From contig JBIKVS010000004.1 in NCBI GenBank assembly GCA_044356725.1, positions 33,351 to 97,350 of the forward strand: a DNA stretch of 64,000 nt, given 5' to 3'. Below the pieces are notes generated by a model, which searched no databases, was not told the DNA's origin, and saw only the letters and a program-made list of their open reading frames with translations. Positions 16,630 through 27,072 of this stretch are shown here, one piece after another (the stretch's first letter is position 1; each line of letters starts with the position of its first letter). The position numbers and the translations under genes are program-made. The DNA is from Minisyncoccia bacterium. GTDB lineage: Bacteria > Patescibacteriota > Minisyncoccia > SW-4-49-11.

Positions 16630-18690
16630 ATGAACTTCAAAACATATCAAACACAAATAGCAGGACAAAACCTAATAGTAGAAATTGGTAAATTAGCAAA
16701 ACAGGCTAATGGCTCAGTTATGGTTTCTTTGGGTGAGACCACAGTTTTGGTCACCGCTGTAATGTCCAGCAAGCCAGTGAGTTCTAATTATTTACCACTA
16801 TTTGTAGATTATCAAGAGAAGTTTTATGCTAATGGTAAAATCAAGGGCAGCCGTTTTGTAAAAAGAGAGGGTAAACCTAGCGATGACTCTATCTTGACTG
16901 GTAGATTGGTAGATAGAGCAATACGTCCATTTTTTGACCAATCTCTTCGCAATGAAATACAGGTAGTGGTGACAACTCTTTCTATGGATGATAGTAATGA
17001 TCCTGATGCAGTAGCTTTGTTTGGAGCTTCGTTGGCACTGTCTATCTCAGATATTCCTTGGAATGGTCCGGTAGCTGCTTTAAGAGTAGCAATGGCAGGT
17101 GGTCAAATTATCGTCAATCCTTCCTTTGAACAAAGAGAGGCTGGAGATTTTGATACGATTATAACCTTAAATTCAGATAACAGATTGGTAATGATGGAGT
17201 TTGGGGGGCGTCAGATTCCAGAAAGTACTATTTTAGATGCGTTTACTCAAGTTGCTCCTGAAATCAATAAGATGATTCAATTTCAAAATAGTATTGTCTT
17301 AGAGATAGGAATGGAAAAACAAGATTTAATAAAATCTGAGTCTAATATAGAAATCGTTGAAGGGATTAAAAATATTATCCAGGGTAGATTGGATTCTGCA
17401 ATATACGGCGATTCTATTTCGACCAAACAAGCACATCATCAATTATTGACCGAATTAAATCAATCATATCCAGAGTATAGAGATTTAGTAGAACATACTC
17501 TAGACAAAGAATTAAACAGAGTTTTTAAAGAAAAACTATTAGAGCAAGAGTTAAGACCAGATGGTAGGGCATTAAATCAAATTCGTGAATTAAGTTCAGA
17601 AATAGATATTTTACCTAGGGTTCATGGTACAGGGTTATTTAATAGAGGTGCTACTCAGACTTTATCGGTGTTGACTTTAGGTTCTCCCGGAGAAGCTCAA
17701 ATTATAGATGAGATGAAAGATGAAATCAAAAAAAGATTTATGCATCATTATAATTTTCCTCCTTTCTCAGTGGGTGAAGTTGGGCAATTAAGGGGTCCAG
17801 GAAGAAGAGAAATAGGGCATGGAGCTTTGGCTGAGAAAGCTTTAGAAGGAGTCTTGCCACCTGTGGAAGATTTTCCATATACAATTAGAATTGTCACAGA
17901 AGTCTTAGGGTCTAATGGGTCATCTTCTATGGCCAGTGTTTGTTCATCAACCTTAGCATTGTTAGCAGCAGGAGTTCCTATAATGGCACCAGTAGCTGGA
18001 ATCGCTATGGGGATAGTAGAACAAGATGGTAAATATAAAATCTTAACAGATATTCAGGGATTAGAAGATCACTTTGGTGAGATGGACTTCAAGGTGGCTG
18101 GTACACATAATGGTGTCAACGCAATCCAGATGGATATCAAAGGACAAGGAATGTCAAAAGAAATGTTTGTTGAAGCTCTAGAAGCTGCTAAAAAAGCTAG
18201 ATTTACTATTCTTGACAATCTATCTCAAACTATATCAGAAGTTAGAACAGAAGTTTCTCAATATGCTCCTAAGATTGATACATTTACAATTAACCCTACT
18301 AAAATTAGAGATGTAATTGGAGCGGGGGGTAAGACAATTAATGCTATAATAGAAGCAACAGGAGTAAAAATAGATATAGAAGATGATGGAAAAGTCTTTA
18401 TAACAGGAGAAGATTTATCTAAAGTAATTCAAGCTAAGGATAAGATTTTAGATTTAGTATATGTGCCTAAAGAAGGAGATGTATTCGATGGTAAAGTAGT
18501 TAAAATAATGCCTTTTGGAGCTTTTGTAAATATCAAAAATGGAATAGATGGACTTATTCACATTTCTGAACTTTCAGATAAGCATATCAAAATGGTAGAA
18601 GATGTGATACAATTAAATCAAAGCATTAGGGTGAAAATCAAAAAAGTAGATTCAGACGGTAGAATAAGTCTGACACCCTACCTTGAATAA
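16630..18690 (+). CDS. pnp: Polyribonucleotide nucleotidyltransferase
   Basis: Two RNase PH domains (RPDGR, HYNFPPFSVGE, SNGSSSMASVC, GEMDFKVAGT), KH and S1. Confidence 0.97.
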   Translation: MNFKTYQTQIAGQNLIVEIGKLAKQANGSVMVSLGETTVLVTAVMSSKPVSSNYLPLFVDYQEKFYANGKIKGSRFVKREGKPSDDSILTGRLVDRAIRPFFDQSLRNEIQVVVTTLSMDDSNDPDAVALFGASLALSISDIPWNGPVAALRVAMAGGQIIVNPSFEQREAGDFDTIITLNSDNRLVMMEFGGRQIPESTILDAFTQVAPEINKMIQFQNSIVLEIGMEKQDLIKSESNIEIVEGIKNIIQGRLDSAIYGDSISTKQAHHQLLTELNQSYPEYRDLVEHTLDKELNRVFKEKLLEQELRPDGRALNQIRELSSEIDILPRVHGTGLFNRGATQTLSVLTLGSPGEAQIIDEMKDEIKKRFMHHYNFPPFSVGEVGQLRGPGRREIGHGALAEKALEGVLPPVEDFPYTIRIVTEVLGSNGSSSMASVCSSTLALLAAGVPIMAPVAGIAMGIVEQDGKYKILTDIQGLEDHFGEMDFKVAGTHNGVNAIQMDIKGQGMSKEMFVEALEAAKKARFTILDNLSQTISEVRTEVSQYAPKIDTFTINPTKIRDVIGAGGKTINAIIEATGVKIDIEDDGKVFITGEDLSKVIQAKDKILDLVYVPKEGDVFDGKVVKIMPFGAFVNIKNGIDGLIHISELSDKHIKMVEDVIQLNQSIRVKIKKVDSDGRISLTPYLE

Positions 18691-18717
18691 TTATTAAATA
18701 TATAAATTATAAAAACT

Positions 18718-20073
18718 ATGGCAGATCAAAATCAAAATCCACAAACTCAAATTCCAGGAACTCTAAGAACACTCAAAACCGACTTGGAATTAAATAAGTT
18801 GAATCCTCAAGACAGATTACAGCAAGCTGGTAATTTTGTGCAAGCAAGACCAGAAATTAGTAATAATTTAGGTGCTTTAAATACATCAGATGCTCCTCTT
18901 AGTGATATAAATACACCCCCAAACACTCCTGCACAAGAACCTAAAGCAGAAAATCAAAAGAAGGACATTCCAGCAGTTAAGCCTGAAACGAATCCACAGC
19001 CTAATTATACATGGAGCAATATGAGTGCTCCTTCAAGTCCATCACCAGCTTTTAATTCTAATAATGTCAGCACTAAACCTAATACTCAAAATCAGCAAGC
19101 TCAACCTATGGCAGAATCTAAATCTGGATTCTCAGTTTTAGATGATAGTATAGATTTACCTTTAGATAGTAATTCATCAACAAAGTCTCAAGCTCCAAAT
19201 CCAATTAATTTTGATACAACACCTAAAACACCTGCAACAACGCCAAATATAGATGCTAATAATCAAAACAATCAATTTGATATCAACAGTCTTAATTTAC
19301 AAGATGACGTAAAAGATGTTAATTCTAAAAAATCATCAGCTAAGGGATTATCCCCACTCTTAATAGTAATTTTATTATTAGGATTAATCGGAGGAGGAGT
19401 ATATTTTTATTTTAATATTTATTCTAATGATGTTGTTACAGATGTAGCTACCGATATGGATACGAATACTGATAACACTAATCCAACAAATGAGCCAACA
19501 GAAACAGATAATACAACACCAATTGCAACCTTTAACTCACCTTTAATTCCAAATTCCACCTTAGACATAGCTTTTGTTGACTCAGAGCCGATTCGTAGAA
19601 CTATTACAACAGCAATAGCAGATAAATCGGATACTTTAATAGAATTAAACCTAATAAAAGATAATAGTCCTGTAAGTCTAATAGATATTGCTGATATAAT
19701 GGGGATAACTATTCCATCAATTGGAACAATAGAAAACTATAAATTTTATGCCTATAATCAACAAGGAGTTTATAAATTAGTAGCAGTACTGGGATTAGTT
19801 GAAGATCAAGAGGCTAAGACCTTTGTAGAAAATTGGTCTAGTGCCATTCCTCGTGATTTAGCAGGATTTTCAATTAACCTTCCTTCTAGAATAGTAAACT
19901 CTCCTGAAATTAAAAAATCTACTATTACTAATAATTCTGGCAAAGTCTTTGATAATTATTATTACAATTATACTTCATCTACAGACTCAATAGATGTGTC
20001 AAGTTATGAAAACTTTGTTTTAATAGCCTCTTCTCAAGATTCAATGAAATATGTCTTAGAACAAATTCGATAA
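18718..20073 (+). CDS. Hypothetical bitopic membrane protein with low-complexity N/P/T-rich linkers
   Basis: Single central TM segment; disordered N-terminal half. Confidence 0.75.
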   Translation: MADQNQNPQTQIPGTLRTLKTDLELNKLNPQDRLQQAGNFVQARPEISNNLGALNTSDAPLSDINTPPNTPAQEPKAENQKKDIPAVKPETNPQPNYTWSNMSAPSSPSPAFNSNNVSTKPNTQNQQAQPMAESKSGFSVLDDSIDLPLDSNSSTKSQAPNPINFDTTPKTPATTPNIDANNQNNQFDINSLNLQDDVKDVNSKKSSAKGLSPLLIVILLLGLIGGGVYFYFNIYSNDVVTDVATDMDTNTDNTNPTNEPTETDNTTPIATFNSPLIPNSTLDIAFVDSEPIRRTITTAIADKSDTLIELNLIKDNSPVSLIDIADIMGITIPSIGTIENYKFYAYNQQGVYKLVAVLGLVEDQEAKTFVENWSSAIPRDLAGFSINLPSRIVNSPEIKKSTITNNSGKVFDNYYYNYTSSTDSIDVSSYENFVLIASSQDSMKYVLEQIR

Positions 20074-20517
20074 ATTGTGGATAACTTCTCTAGTATACAT
20101 GTCCTTACTTTGATAAAATATAAGAGTAAGGACATCAGAGTAATCATACAATCACAAGTATAAAATTTTAATAAAGATATAAAAATACTTGTGGTTGAAT
20201 TCTTGCTCTAATCTTTACAATCATAAACATAAACTCAAACTAATAATCGTTTAAGTAAAATATAAACAAAGTAATATTCATCAAAATTGCACCTTTGGTA
20301 AAAATAAAAAGGCGTCAGCCAAAGATTAGATGAGGATATCTACTTTCTGGCAATCTCGAAATATATAAAGAGTTTGTCAGAAATAGAGCAAAATAAAGTA
20401 CTCTTACCCCCCTTTACACTAACAGAGTCAAGAAGGAGAAGGAAGGGTATTTTATTTTTATATTCACCAATATATAGGTATACAGTTTGCAGTAAAATGA
20501 TTTGAGATAAATAGGTA

Positions 20518-20546
20518 TTGACAAAATTAGTAGTATATAATATAAT
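20518..20546 (+). promoter_or_regulatory. Consensus sigma70 promoter of the infA-alpha operon
   Basis: TTGACA-17 nt-TATAAT. Confidence 0.8.
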
Positions 20547-20581
20547 TAGGTTTATATTATGTATATAGAGTTGTATAATTT

Positions 20582-20815
20582 ATGCCCGAAAGTCAAGATT
20601 TGAACTCAAAGAACCTCCTCATTCAAGAAGGTGTAGTCAGTGAAGTCTTGCCAAACACAACCTTCCGTGTTATATTAGAGAATAATTCAGAGGTTTTAGC
20701 TCATCTCTCTGGTAAAATGCGTATGCATTATATCAAAGTTTTGCCGGGAGATAAAGTTACGGTTGAGTTAAGTGCTTATAATTTGACACAGGGTAGAATT
20801 ACTAGGAGAAATTAA
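20582..20815 (+). CDS. infA: Translation initiation factor IF-1
   Basis: [18 protein letters not shown]...[22 protein letters not shown]. Confidence 0.97.
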   Translation: MPESQDLNSKNLLIQEGVVSEVLPNTTFRVILENNSEVLAHLSGKMRMHYIKVLPGDKVTVELSAYNLTQGRITRRN

Positions 20816-20823
20816 GATACTAT

Positions 20824-20940
20824 ATGAAAGTTCAAGCTTCAGTTAAGAAAAGATGTATTAAGTGTAAGGTTATTAAGCGAAAGCGAGTAATTCGTGTTAT
20901 TTGTGAAGCTAATCCGCGTCACAAGCAAAGACAAGGATAA
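20824..20940 (+). CDS. rpmJ: 50S ribosomal protein L36
   Basis: Manual translation [38 protein letters not shown]; below the ORF-track cutoff. Confidence 0.97.
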   Translation: MKVQASVKKRCIKCKVIKRKRVIRVICEANPRHKQRQG

Positions 20941-20958
20941 TATAAGATATATTAAATT

Positions 20959-21342
20959 ATGGTAAGAATTGCAGGAGTTGTCATCCCAGATTATAAAAAT
21001 GTTGAAATAGCTTTAACTTATATTTATGGTGTTGGTCTTACTCGTTCTAAAAAAGTATTAGCTATTACAGGAATTGATCCTTATAAAAAGGCAAAAGAGC
21101 TAGATGAAAAAGAAATAGCTTTACTAAAAGAATGTATTGAGAAAAATTATAAAATTGAAGGAGATCTTAGAAGAGAGGTTGCTAATAATATCAAGAGATT
21201 AAAAGATATTAATTCATATCGTGGAAGTCGTCACTCCAAAAAACTACCTATAAAGGGTAGAACTAAAACTAACTCTAGAACTATTAGAGGTAATGTGGTC
21301 CGAACTATGGGAAGTGGACGACGAAAAGTTGAGAAGACATAA
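20959..21342 (+). CDS. rpsM: 30S ribosomal protein S13
   Basis: RIAGV.IP...IALTYIYGVG; IEGDLRRE; YRGSRH..LP. Confidence 0.97.
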   Translation: MVRIAGVVIPDYKNVEIALTYIYGVGLTRSKKVLAITGIDPYKKAKELDEKEIALLKECIEKNYKIEGDLRREVANNIKRLKDINSYRGSRHSKKLPIKGRTKTNSRTIRGNVVRTMGSGRRKVEKT

Positions 21343-21369
21343 TCATTAAGTAATTAAGGAAACTTTTAT

Positions 21370-21798
21370 ATGGGAAAGAAGCGTGTAGCACAAAAAGGAG
21401 ATTCAGTATCTTCATTGAAAATGGGAGTAAAAGAGACTTCTTCAAAAAAGAAGGTAGTAAGAGGTACTGCTTTTATTGTTTCTACCTACAATAATACTAT
21501 GGTCTCTTTAGCTGACTTATCTGGAAATATACTAGCTTGGTCATCCTCAGGATCTCTTGGGTTTAAAGGAGCTAAAAAAGCTACTCCTTATGCGGCAACT
21601 ATGGTAGCTAAAACTGTTGTAGAAAAAGTCAAAAAAACTGGTCTACAAGAGATTAAAGTTATTATTAAGGGTGTTGGTCCAGGTAGAGAAGCTTCAATTA
21701 GAGGTTTGGCAGGAGCAGGGCTTAATATTATGTCTATTAAAGATTTAACTCCTGTTCCACATAATGGAGTTCGTCCTCGCAAACCAAGAAGAGTATAA
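21370..21798 (+). CDS. rpsK: 30S ribosomal protein S11
   Basis: STYNNT, GFKGAKKATPYAA, GPGRE, TPVPHNG.RP. Confidence 0.97.
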   Translation: MGKKRVAQKGDSVSSLKMGVKETSSKKKVVRGTAFIVSTYNNTMVSLADLSGNILAWSSSGSLGFKGAKKATPYAATMVAKTVVEKVKKTGLQEIKVIIKGVGPGREASIRGLAGAGLNIMSIKDLTPVPHNGVRPRKPRRV

Positions 21799-21815
21799 TA
21801 GATTTATAAGAGTAT

Positions 21816-22415
21816 ATGTATAGTCGTAAGAAAGTTAAAATTTGTAGAAAATTTGGAGAGAGAATCTTTTCAGAGGTTAAAATTACTGATGAAAAGTTAG
21901 CGAAGGCTCCTGGAGTTCATGGAGCAAAGAGACGTCGTTCAGCTTCTGAATTTGGTAAGCAACTTCAAGAAAAGCAAAAAGTTAAGTATGTATATGGTCT
22001 TCGTGAGAAACAATTCCGACGATTTTATGAAAAAGCTTTGGCTGATGCTGAGCCAACCCCAACAGCTTTATTGAGAATTCTAGAAACAAGACTAGATAAT
22101 GTTGTCTATAGAGCTACTATGGCATATACTAGAGAACAAGCTAGACAAATGATTTCTCATGGACATATTTTAGTTAATGGTAAAAAAGTTACTATTCCTA
22201 GCTTTATGGTTAAGCCAGGGGATGTAATTACATATTCAGCTACTAAATCTAAATTGGTTGCTGAATACAAAGATAAGTTAAAAGATTCAGACCTTCCTTC
22301 TTGGCTAACTTTAGACAAGAAAAATCAAACTGTCGAAGTAGCTCACACTCCTGGAGTGGAGGAATTGAGTCAAAACTTCAACATTGCTCTAGTGATTCAG
22401 TATTATTCCCGATAA
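21816..22415 (+). CDS. rpsD: 30S ribosomal protein S4
   Basis: PGVHG, QLQEKQK, LETRLDNVVYR, ARQMISHGHI. Confidence 0.97.
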   Translation: MYSRKKVKICRKFGERIFSEVKITDEKLAKAPGVHGAKRRRSASEFGKQLQEKQKVKYVYGLREKQFRRFYEKALADAEPTPTALLRILETRLDNVVYRATMAYTREQARQMISHGHILVNGKKVTIPSFMVKPGDVITYSATKSKLVAEYKDKLKDSDLPSWLTLDKKNQTVEVAHTPGVEELSQNFNIALVIQYYSR

Positions 22416-22433
22416 TAATAATCAAATACTCTT

Positions 22434-23363
22434 ATGTCTAATTATATCATTCTTCCAAAAGCACCTGTACTAGTACAAGAAATTAGTTCTTCTCAAGCTA
22501 TATATGCTATTGAGCCACTTAACCCAGGATACGGAGTTACTATTGCTAATTCTCTAAGAAGAGTTATGTTGTCTTCATTAGAAGGAGTTGCAGTTACTAG
22601 ATATAGTATTAAGGGAGTAAGTCATGAATTTACTACTATCCCTAATGTTCTGGAAGATATTCTAGATATTACCCTTAATATTAAGGCTTTAAGATTTGAT
22701 GCTGTTATAGATTCTCCAACTCTATTAACTCTAAAAGCACAAGGTTCTAAAGTTGTTACAGGAGCAGACTTAAAATTACCTGGAGGAGTAACTGTAGTGA
22801 ATCCTGAGACACCTATTCTAACTTTGACTAGCAAAGATGCTAAAATTGAAATGGAATTAATTATTGAGAAAGGATTTGGATTTAGAAAGGATATAGAGCA
22901 AAATTTACAAGGAGAAGTTGGAATTATTGCTGTAGATTCAATTTTTACTCCAGTGACTAAAGTTTCTTATGATGTAGAAGATACTCGAGTAGGAGATAAG
23001 ACTAATTATAATAGGGTAGTTTTCAATATTAAAACTGATGGTACAATTACTCCATTAGAAGTAATTCAGAAATCTGCTACTATTTTGGTCGAACAATTTA
23101 ATGCCTTGACTGTGGAAGGAGCTAAAATCGAGGAGGTTAAAGAAGAAAAACCAGCTCTAGATATTGAAACTTCAAGTATTAAGATTGCAACTCTAGACTT
23201 ATCTCAGAGAACTATTAAAGCTCTTGAGACTTCTGGAATCAAGAACATTGCTCAATTAGCACAATTTACACAAGAAGATTTATTAGCTATCAAAGGAGTC
23301 TCAACCAGTGCTGTCAAAAAATTGGCAGACCAAATAGCTCAATATGGTATCACTCTTGCATAA
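22434..23363 (+). CDS. rpoA: RNA polymerase alpha subunit
   Basis: EPLNPGYGVTIANSLRRVMLSS, HEF.TI..V.ED, alpha C-terminal domain. Confidence 0.97.
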   Translation: MSNYIILPKAPVLVQEISSSQAIYAIEPLNPGYGVTIANSLRRVMLSSLEGVAVTRYSIKGVSHEFTTIPNVLEDILDITLNIKALRFDAVIDSPTLLTLKAQGSKVVTGADLKLPGGVTVVNPETPILTLTSKDAKIEMELIIEKGFGFRKDIEQNLQGEVGIIAVDSIFTPVTKVSYDVEDTRVGDKTNYNRVVFNIKTDGTITPLEVIQKSATILVEQFNALTVEGAKIEEVKEEKPALDIETSSIKIATLDLSQRTIKALETSGIKNIAQLAQFTQEDLLAIKGVSTSAVKKLADQIAQYGITLA

Positions 23364-23411
23364 ATAGCAAAAATAAGGTATAATGCAAAACATTAACAGG
23401 ATCACACGATT

Positions 23412-23762
23412 ATGAATAAGGGAAATAAGTTACATAAGATTGGAAGAAATAGAGAGCAAAGAAAAGCGCTTTTGCGAAGTCTTTCTAATGATTTAATTAC
23501 TCGTGGTTCTATTACCACTACAGAAGCTAAAGCTAAAGCTTTAAAACCTTTTGTAGAAAGAATGGTGACTCATGCGAAGACAGGTTCTCTATCTTCTAGA
23601 AGATATGTGCTTAGATTTTTGACTCAAGGAGCTACTCATAAGTTGTTTGATGAAATTGCACCTAATTATGCAGATAGAGTAGGTGGATATACTAGAATTA
23701 TTAAAGCTCCTATTAGACAAAGTGATGTTAGTAAAATGGCTATCATTGAATTAGTTAAGTAA
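23412..23762 (+). CDS. rplQ: 50S ribosomal protein L17
   Basis: RKALLRSL, ITTTEAKAK, GGYTRIIK. Confidence 0.96.
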   Translation: MNKGNKLHKIGRNREQRKALLRSLSNDLITRGSITTTEAKAKALKPFVERMVTHAKTGSLSSRRYVLRFLTQGATHKLFDEIAPNYADRVGGYTRIIKAPIRQSDVSKMAIIELVK

Positions 23763-23768
23763 TATAAT

Positions 23769-24134
23769 ATGCAGAGAGAAATTATTACCATTGATGCAGA
23801 TAATAAAAGATTAGGGACTCTTGCTACGGAGGTAGCTACTCTTTTGATGGGAAAAAACACAGCCAACTTTGAATATCATGTAGATGGGGGAGCTAAAGTT
23901 ATTGTCTATAACACTAACAAATTATCCATTCATCCTAATAAACTAGGATCTAAAACATATTATAGACATACAGGTTATCCAGGAGGAATTAAGTCAATAA
24001 CTGCAGATAAGCAGATGGCTAAAGATTCAACTGAGGTTTTGAGAAAAGCTGTATATGGTATGCTTCCAAAAAATCGATTAAGAGCTAAAATGTTAGCTAG
24101 ATTGGTATTACATAAGAATGATATAACTAAATAA
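23769..24134 (+). CDS. rplM: 50S ribosomal protein L13
   Basis: IDA....LG.LA..VA..LMGK, YYRHTGYPGG, AVYGMLPKNRL. Confidence 0.96.
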   Translation: MQREIITIDADNKRLGTLATEVATLLMGKNTANFEYHVDGGAKVIVYNTNKLSIHPNKLGSKTYYRHTGYPGGIKSITADKQMAKDSTEVLRKAVYGMLPKNRLRAKMLARLVLHKNDITK

Positions 24135-24137
24135 TTT

Positions 24138-24557
24138 ATGGCCACAACTACTACAACCAAAGCAAGTCATTATTATGAAGGAGTAGGACGAAGAAAAGCT
24201 GCTACTGCTAGAGTAAGAGTAACCTTATCTCGTAAAAAAGAACATAGTATTATAGTTAATGATAAATCTCTTCAAGAATATTTTGATTTAAGTGATCATC
24301 AAAATAATGTAATTAAGCCTTTATCTGTTTTAGGAGTAGAAAACTTTGATATTACAGTAAAAGTTACCGGAGGTGGTGTTACTGGACAAGCTGATGCTAT
24401 ACAATTAGGATTAGCTAGAGCTTTAGTTAAGTATGATGAGAATTTGAAAAAGCAACTTAAAGACAATAACTATCTAACTCGTGATCCAAGAGGTAAGGAA
24501 AGAAAGAAACCAGGACTCAAAAAAGCAAGAAAGTCTCCACAGTGGGCAAAAAGATAA
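24138..24557 (+). CDS. rpsI: 30S ribosomal protein S9
   Basis: GVGRRK.A.ARV, GGGVTGQA.AI, LTRDPR.KERKKPG..KAR..PQW.KR. Confidence 0.97.
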   Translation: MATTTTTKASHYYEGVGRRKAATARVRVTLSRKKEHSIIVNDKSLQEYFDLSDHQNNVIKPLSVLGVENFDITVKVTGGGVTGQADAIQLGLARALVKYDENLKKQLKDNNYLTRDPRGKERKKPGLKKARKSPQWAKR

Positions 24558-24661
24558 ATTATACTGCAAAAAAGAGGGAATATTACCCTCTTTTTTGTTT
24601 ATCCAATAATTAAAAATGTGTATAGGGCGATGGATCTTAGATAAAGCAATAAATAATTAAT

Positions 24662-24722
24662 TGTCCTCCTTTCTACCTACGGCAGATAAATGGAGGAGGT
24701 GGCACGAAGTGCCGGTGGTGGA
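24662..24722 (+). repeat. Two-hairpin REP-like repeat
   Basis: tgtcctcct...ggaggaggtggcacgaagtgccggtggtgga; same family as 27301-27342. Confidence 0.75.
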
Positions 24723-24763
24723 TAGATTTTAATACTGTAAGTAATTAAATAAATTATTGAGGT

Positions 24764-26209
24764 CTAATTATTAAAGTTAATTAAAGGAGTTCTTATAGGA
24801 AATTGGAAGTATTGAACCTTATTCTCAATATCACTAATTAGAGTTCTAGCATCATTGTTAATTCTAATTGAAATAAAGTTTTGAGTATTGTCTAATAAGG
24901 TATAACTATTAATATTACCACGAGTATCTGATTCTACTACTTTCAGAGTATTATTTTCTACAAACATTATATATTCAGAGTTAGGCTCCCAGAATTCAGA
25001 TTTAGTGATAGCTTCTTTAGAAGTATATAAAGTATCAAAATCTCCCTCAATTCTCGACTTATACCCTTCAATCGTATCAAGATATAGTTTAGAAATGGCA
25101 TTTTCACCCTTTAGAAGGGCTTTTTTTGAATCTAGGCTAAATTGTATATCTTTTATCTCAAGTTCTGAAATTTTGTTAAATTCTGGGGTTTTAGCTCCTA
25201 GAGATTTAAGCCAAGCTTGTTGTTTGTCATCGATTAGTATAATATGCCCTTGACTTGGGCTTACAAAAATTTTACTAATTTGGATTTCAGGCATATCTAT
25301 GGAGGTATTTTGTTTGGTATCAATATTATATATGCGAACTAAGTTTTTAGAGATATCTTTTGTAGAGGTATAATAAATATTATTATTTACAAATTTATAT
25401 TGTTCCATATCTCCCACTAATGGCTCTGATATAGTACTAAACTGTTGTTTGACTTCATATAATGAACCTGCTTGTGTGAAGAATAGTCTATCTGTATCTA
25501 GACTTACAATTTTGACGGGGTTTGCAATTGTATCGGCTACAGGAATAAGATTAGTAATATTGAATATTATAGGGTTGGTATCTACATTAATAATAACAAA
25601 ATATTGAAAAATATTATTAATAGAGGTTTTAAAGCTAAGAGTGGTACCAGTAGCATCCCAAATAAAATCAGAGTAATCTTGATTATCTAGACCACCTAAA
25701 GCCACGCTATCGGTAATTCTTTTACGAAGTTTGGTGTCTAAATCTAATATCCAAAGACCAGACTCTTGAGGGATATAAGAGGTATAAAGTAGAGAAGAGG
25801 GGTTAGGGAGTCTACTAATATTACGAGCTACTGATAAATCTGTAAATTTATCTAAATTAGGTTTTTCTGGAAATAGAGTTACTTCACTTATCAATTGAAC
25901 TAAAGAAGGTTTGATAGATATTTTTTTAGCCCATGGTTGATATCCCTTTGAAGATAATACTACATCTAAATCTTGTGGAGCTAAACCTACCTTTAGAAGA
26001 GGGCTTTTTGACTCAAACTTGTCATTAATTGCAATCTCATAAGCTATTCTAGTATTAATTCTAATCCCTCCAGTACTAGTCAAAATTGCACCATCACCGC
26101 TATCTTTGCTTAGACGATACCCCATACTATATAGGACAATAGCAGGAGCTATGATAAAGAATAAGAAGATAAGTGTCCAAGCGAAGATTTTTTGTATAGT
26201 TCTATTCAT
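24764..26209 (-). CDS. Membrane-anchored PEGA-domain / beta-propeller-like protein
   Basis: N-terminal TM segment, YSMGYR...TGGI, PEGA-like KGYQPWAKKI..LFP. Confidence 0.7.
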   Translation of the reverse strand: MNRTIQKIFAWTLIFLFFIIAPAIVLYSMGYRLSKDSGDGAILTSTGGIRINTRIAYEIAINDKFESKSPLLKVGLAPQDLDVVLSSKGYQPWAKKISIKPSLVQLISEVTLFPEKPNLDKFTDLSVARNISRLPNPSSLLYTSYIPQESGLWILDLDTKLRKRITDSVALGGLDNQDYSDFIWDATGTTLSFKTSINNIFQYFVIINVDTNPIIFNITNLIPVADTIANPVKIVSLDTDRLFFTQAGSLYEVKQQFSTISEPLVGDMEQYKFVNNNIYYTSTKDISKNLVRIYNIDTKQNTSIDMPEIQISKIFVSPSQGHIILIDDKQQAWLKSLGAKTPEFNKISELEIKDIQFSLDSKKALLKGENAISKLYLDTIEGYKSRIEGDFDTLYTSKEAITKSEFWEPNSEYIMFVENNTLKVVESDTRGNINSYTLLDNTQNFISIRINNDARTLISDIENKVQYFQFPIRTPLINFNN

Positions 26210-26218
26210 ATATTTATG

Positions 26219-26632
26219 TTAATTTTCATCTAGAGCCTTATTAGCAAGGGCATCAGCTTGTTTATTTAATTCTCTTCGAATATGGATAAACTCCACTGAG
26301 GAAAATTTAATTCTCAAATTCCAAATTTTAATAAAAGCTTTTTGAATAGCTTCGTCTTTTAGCTCATATATACCTGTTAGTTGTTTTTGAGCTAATTCAG
26401 AGTCAAGATAAAGTTCTACTGAATAATTTTTAGTATTAGTTTTGCCTACAAGAGCCTTAGCCTTTTCTAAAGCAACAATAATAGCTTGATACTCAGCATA
26501 ATTATTAGTAGCGATACCAAGGGTTTGATGATAAGTTTTCACTGTACCATCTGGTAATTCTATTACTACTCCTATTGATGCTGGACCTGGATTACCTCTG
26601 GAGGCTCCGTCTGTATGTATTTTGATTGTCAT
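26219..26632 (-). CDS. rnhA: Ribonuclease HI family protein
   Basis: HTDGASRGNPGPA, ATNNYAEY.A, DSEL, HIRRELNKQADALAN. Confidence 0.92.
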   Translation of the reverse strand: MTIKIHTDGASRGNPGPASIGVVIELPDGTVKTYHQTLGIATNNYAEYQAIIVALEKAKALVGKTNTKNYSVELYLDSELAQKQLTGIYELKDEAIQKAFIKIWNLRIKFSSVEFIHIRRELNKQADALANKALDEN

Positions 26633-26812
26633 ATAAAATATAGATTAAAATTATTATATCATATATTTTATATTTGTGTATAGTAGTGGGGGGATTAATT
26701 ATAAATTGTGAATGGTGAATTATGCTTCGACAAGCTCAGCAAACTCAATTTACTCTCGCTTGAGAGGGTCACTATAAAATATAATTATAAATTTAAATAT
26801 TTTTTATAAATG

Positions 26813-26885
26813 TGGGTGCAGGTGGGCTCGAACCACCGACCAAAGGCTTAAAAGGCCTCTGCTCTACCAACTGAGCTATGCACCC
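26813..26885 (-). tRNA. tRNA-Lys(UUU)
   Basis: Reverse complement GGGTGCATAGCTCAGTTGGTAGAGCA GAGGC-CTTTTAA-GCCTT ... GGTTCGAGCCC. Confidence 0.95.
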
Positions 26886-26954
26886 TTAAAAACTTAATAC
26901 CAACATAGTATACACAAAATAAAATATTTTGCAACTATTATTGATACTTTTATG

Positions 26955-27039
26955 TGGGCAGAGTAGGACTCGCACCTACGTAGCCTGAAAAGGCGTCGGT
27001 TTTACAGACCGATGCGTTTGACTGCTCCGCCATCTGCCC
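26955..27039 (-). tRNA. tRNA-Tyr(GUA)
   Basis: Anticodon arm TCGGT-CTGTAAA-ACCGA, long variable arm; T-loop reads TGCGAGT. Confidence 0.93.
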
Positions 27040-27072
27040 AAATGTACATACATTATACCATAGAAATATCTA

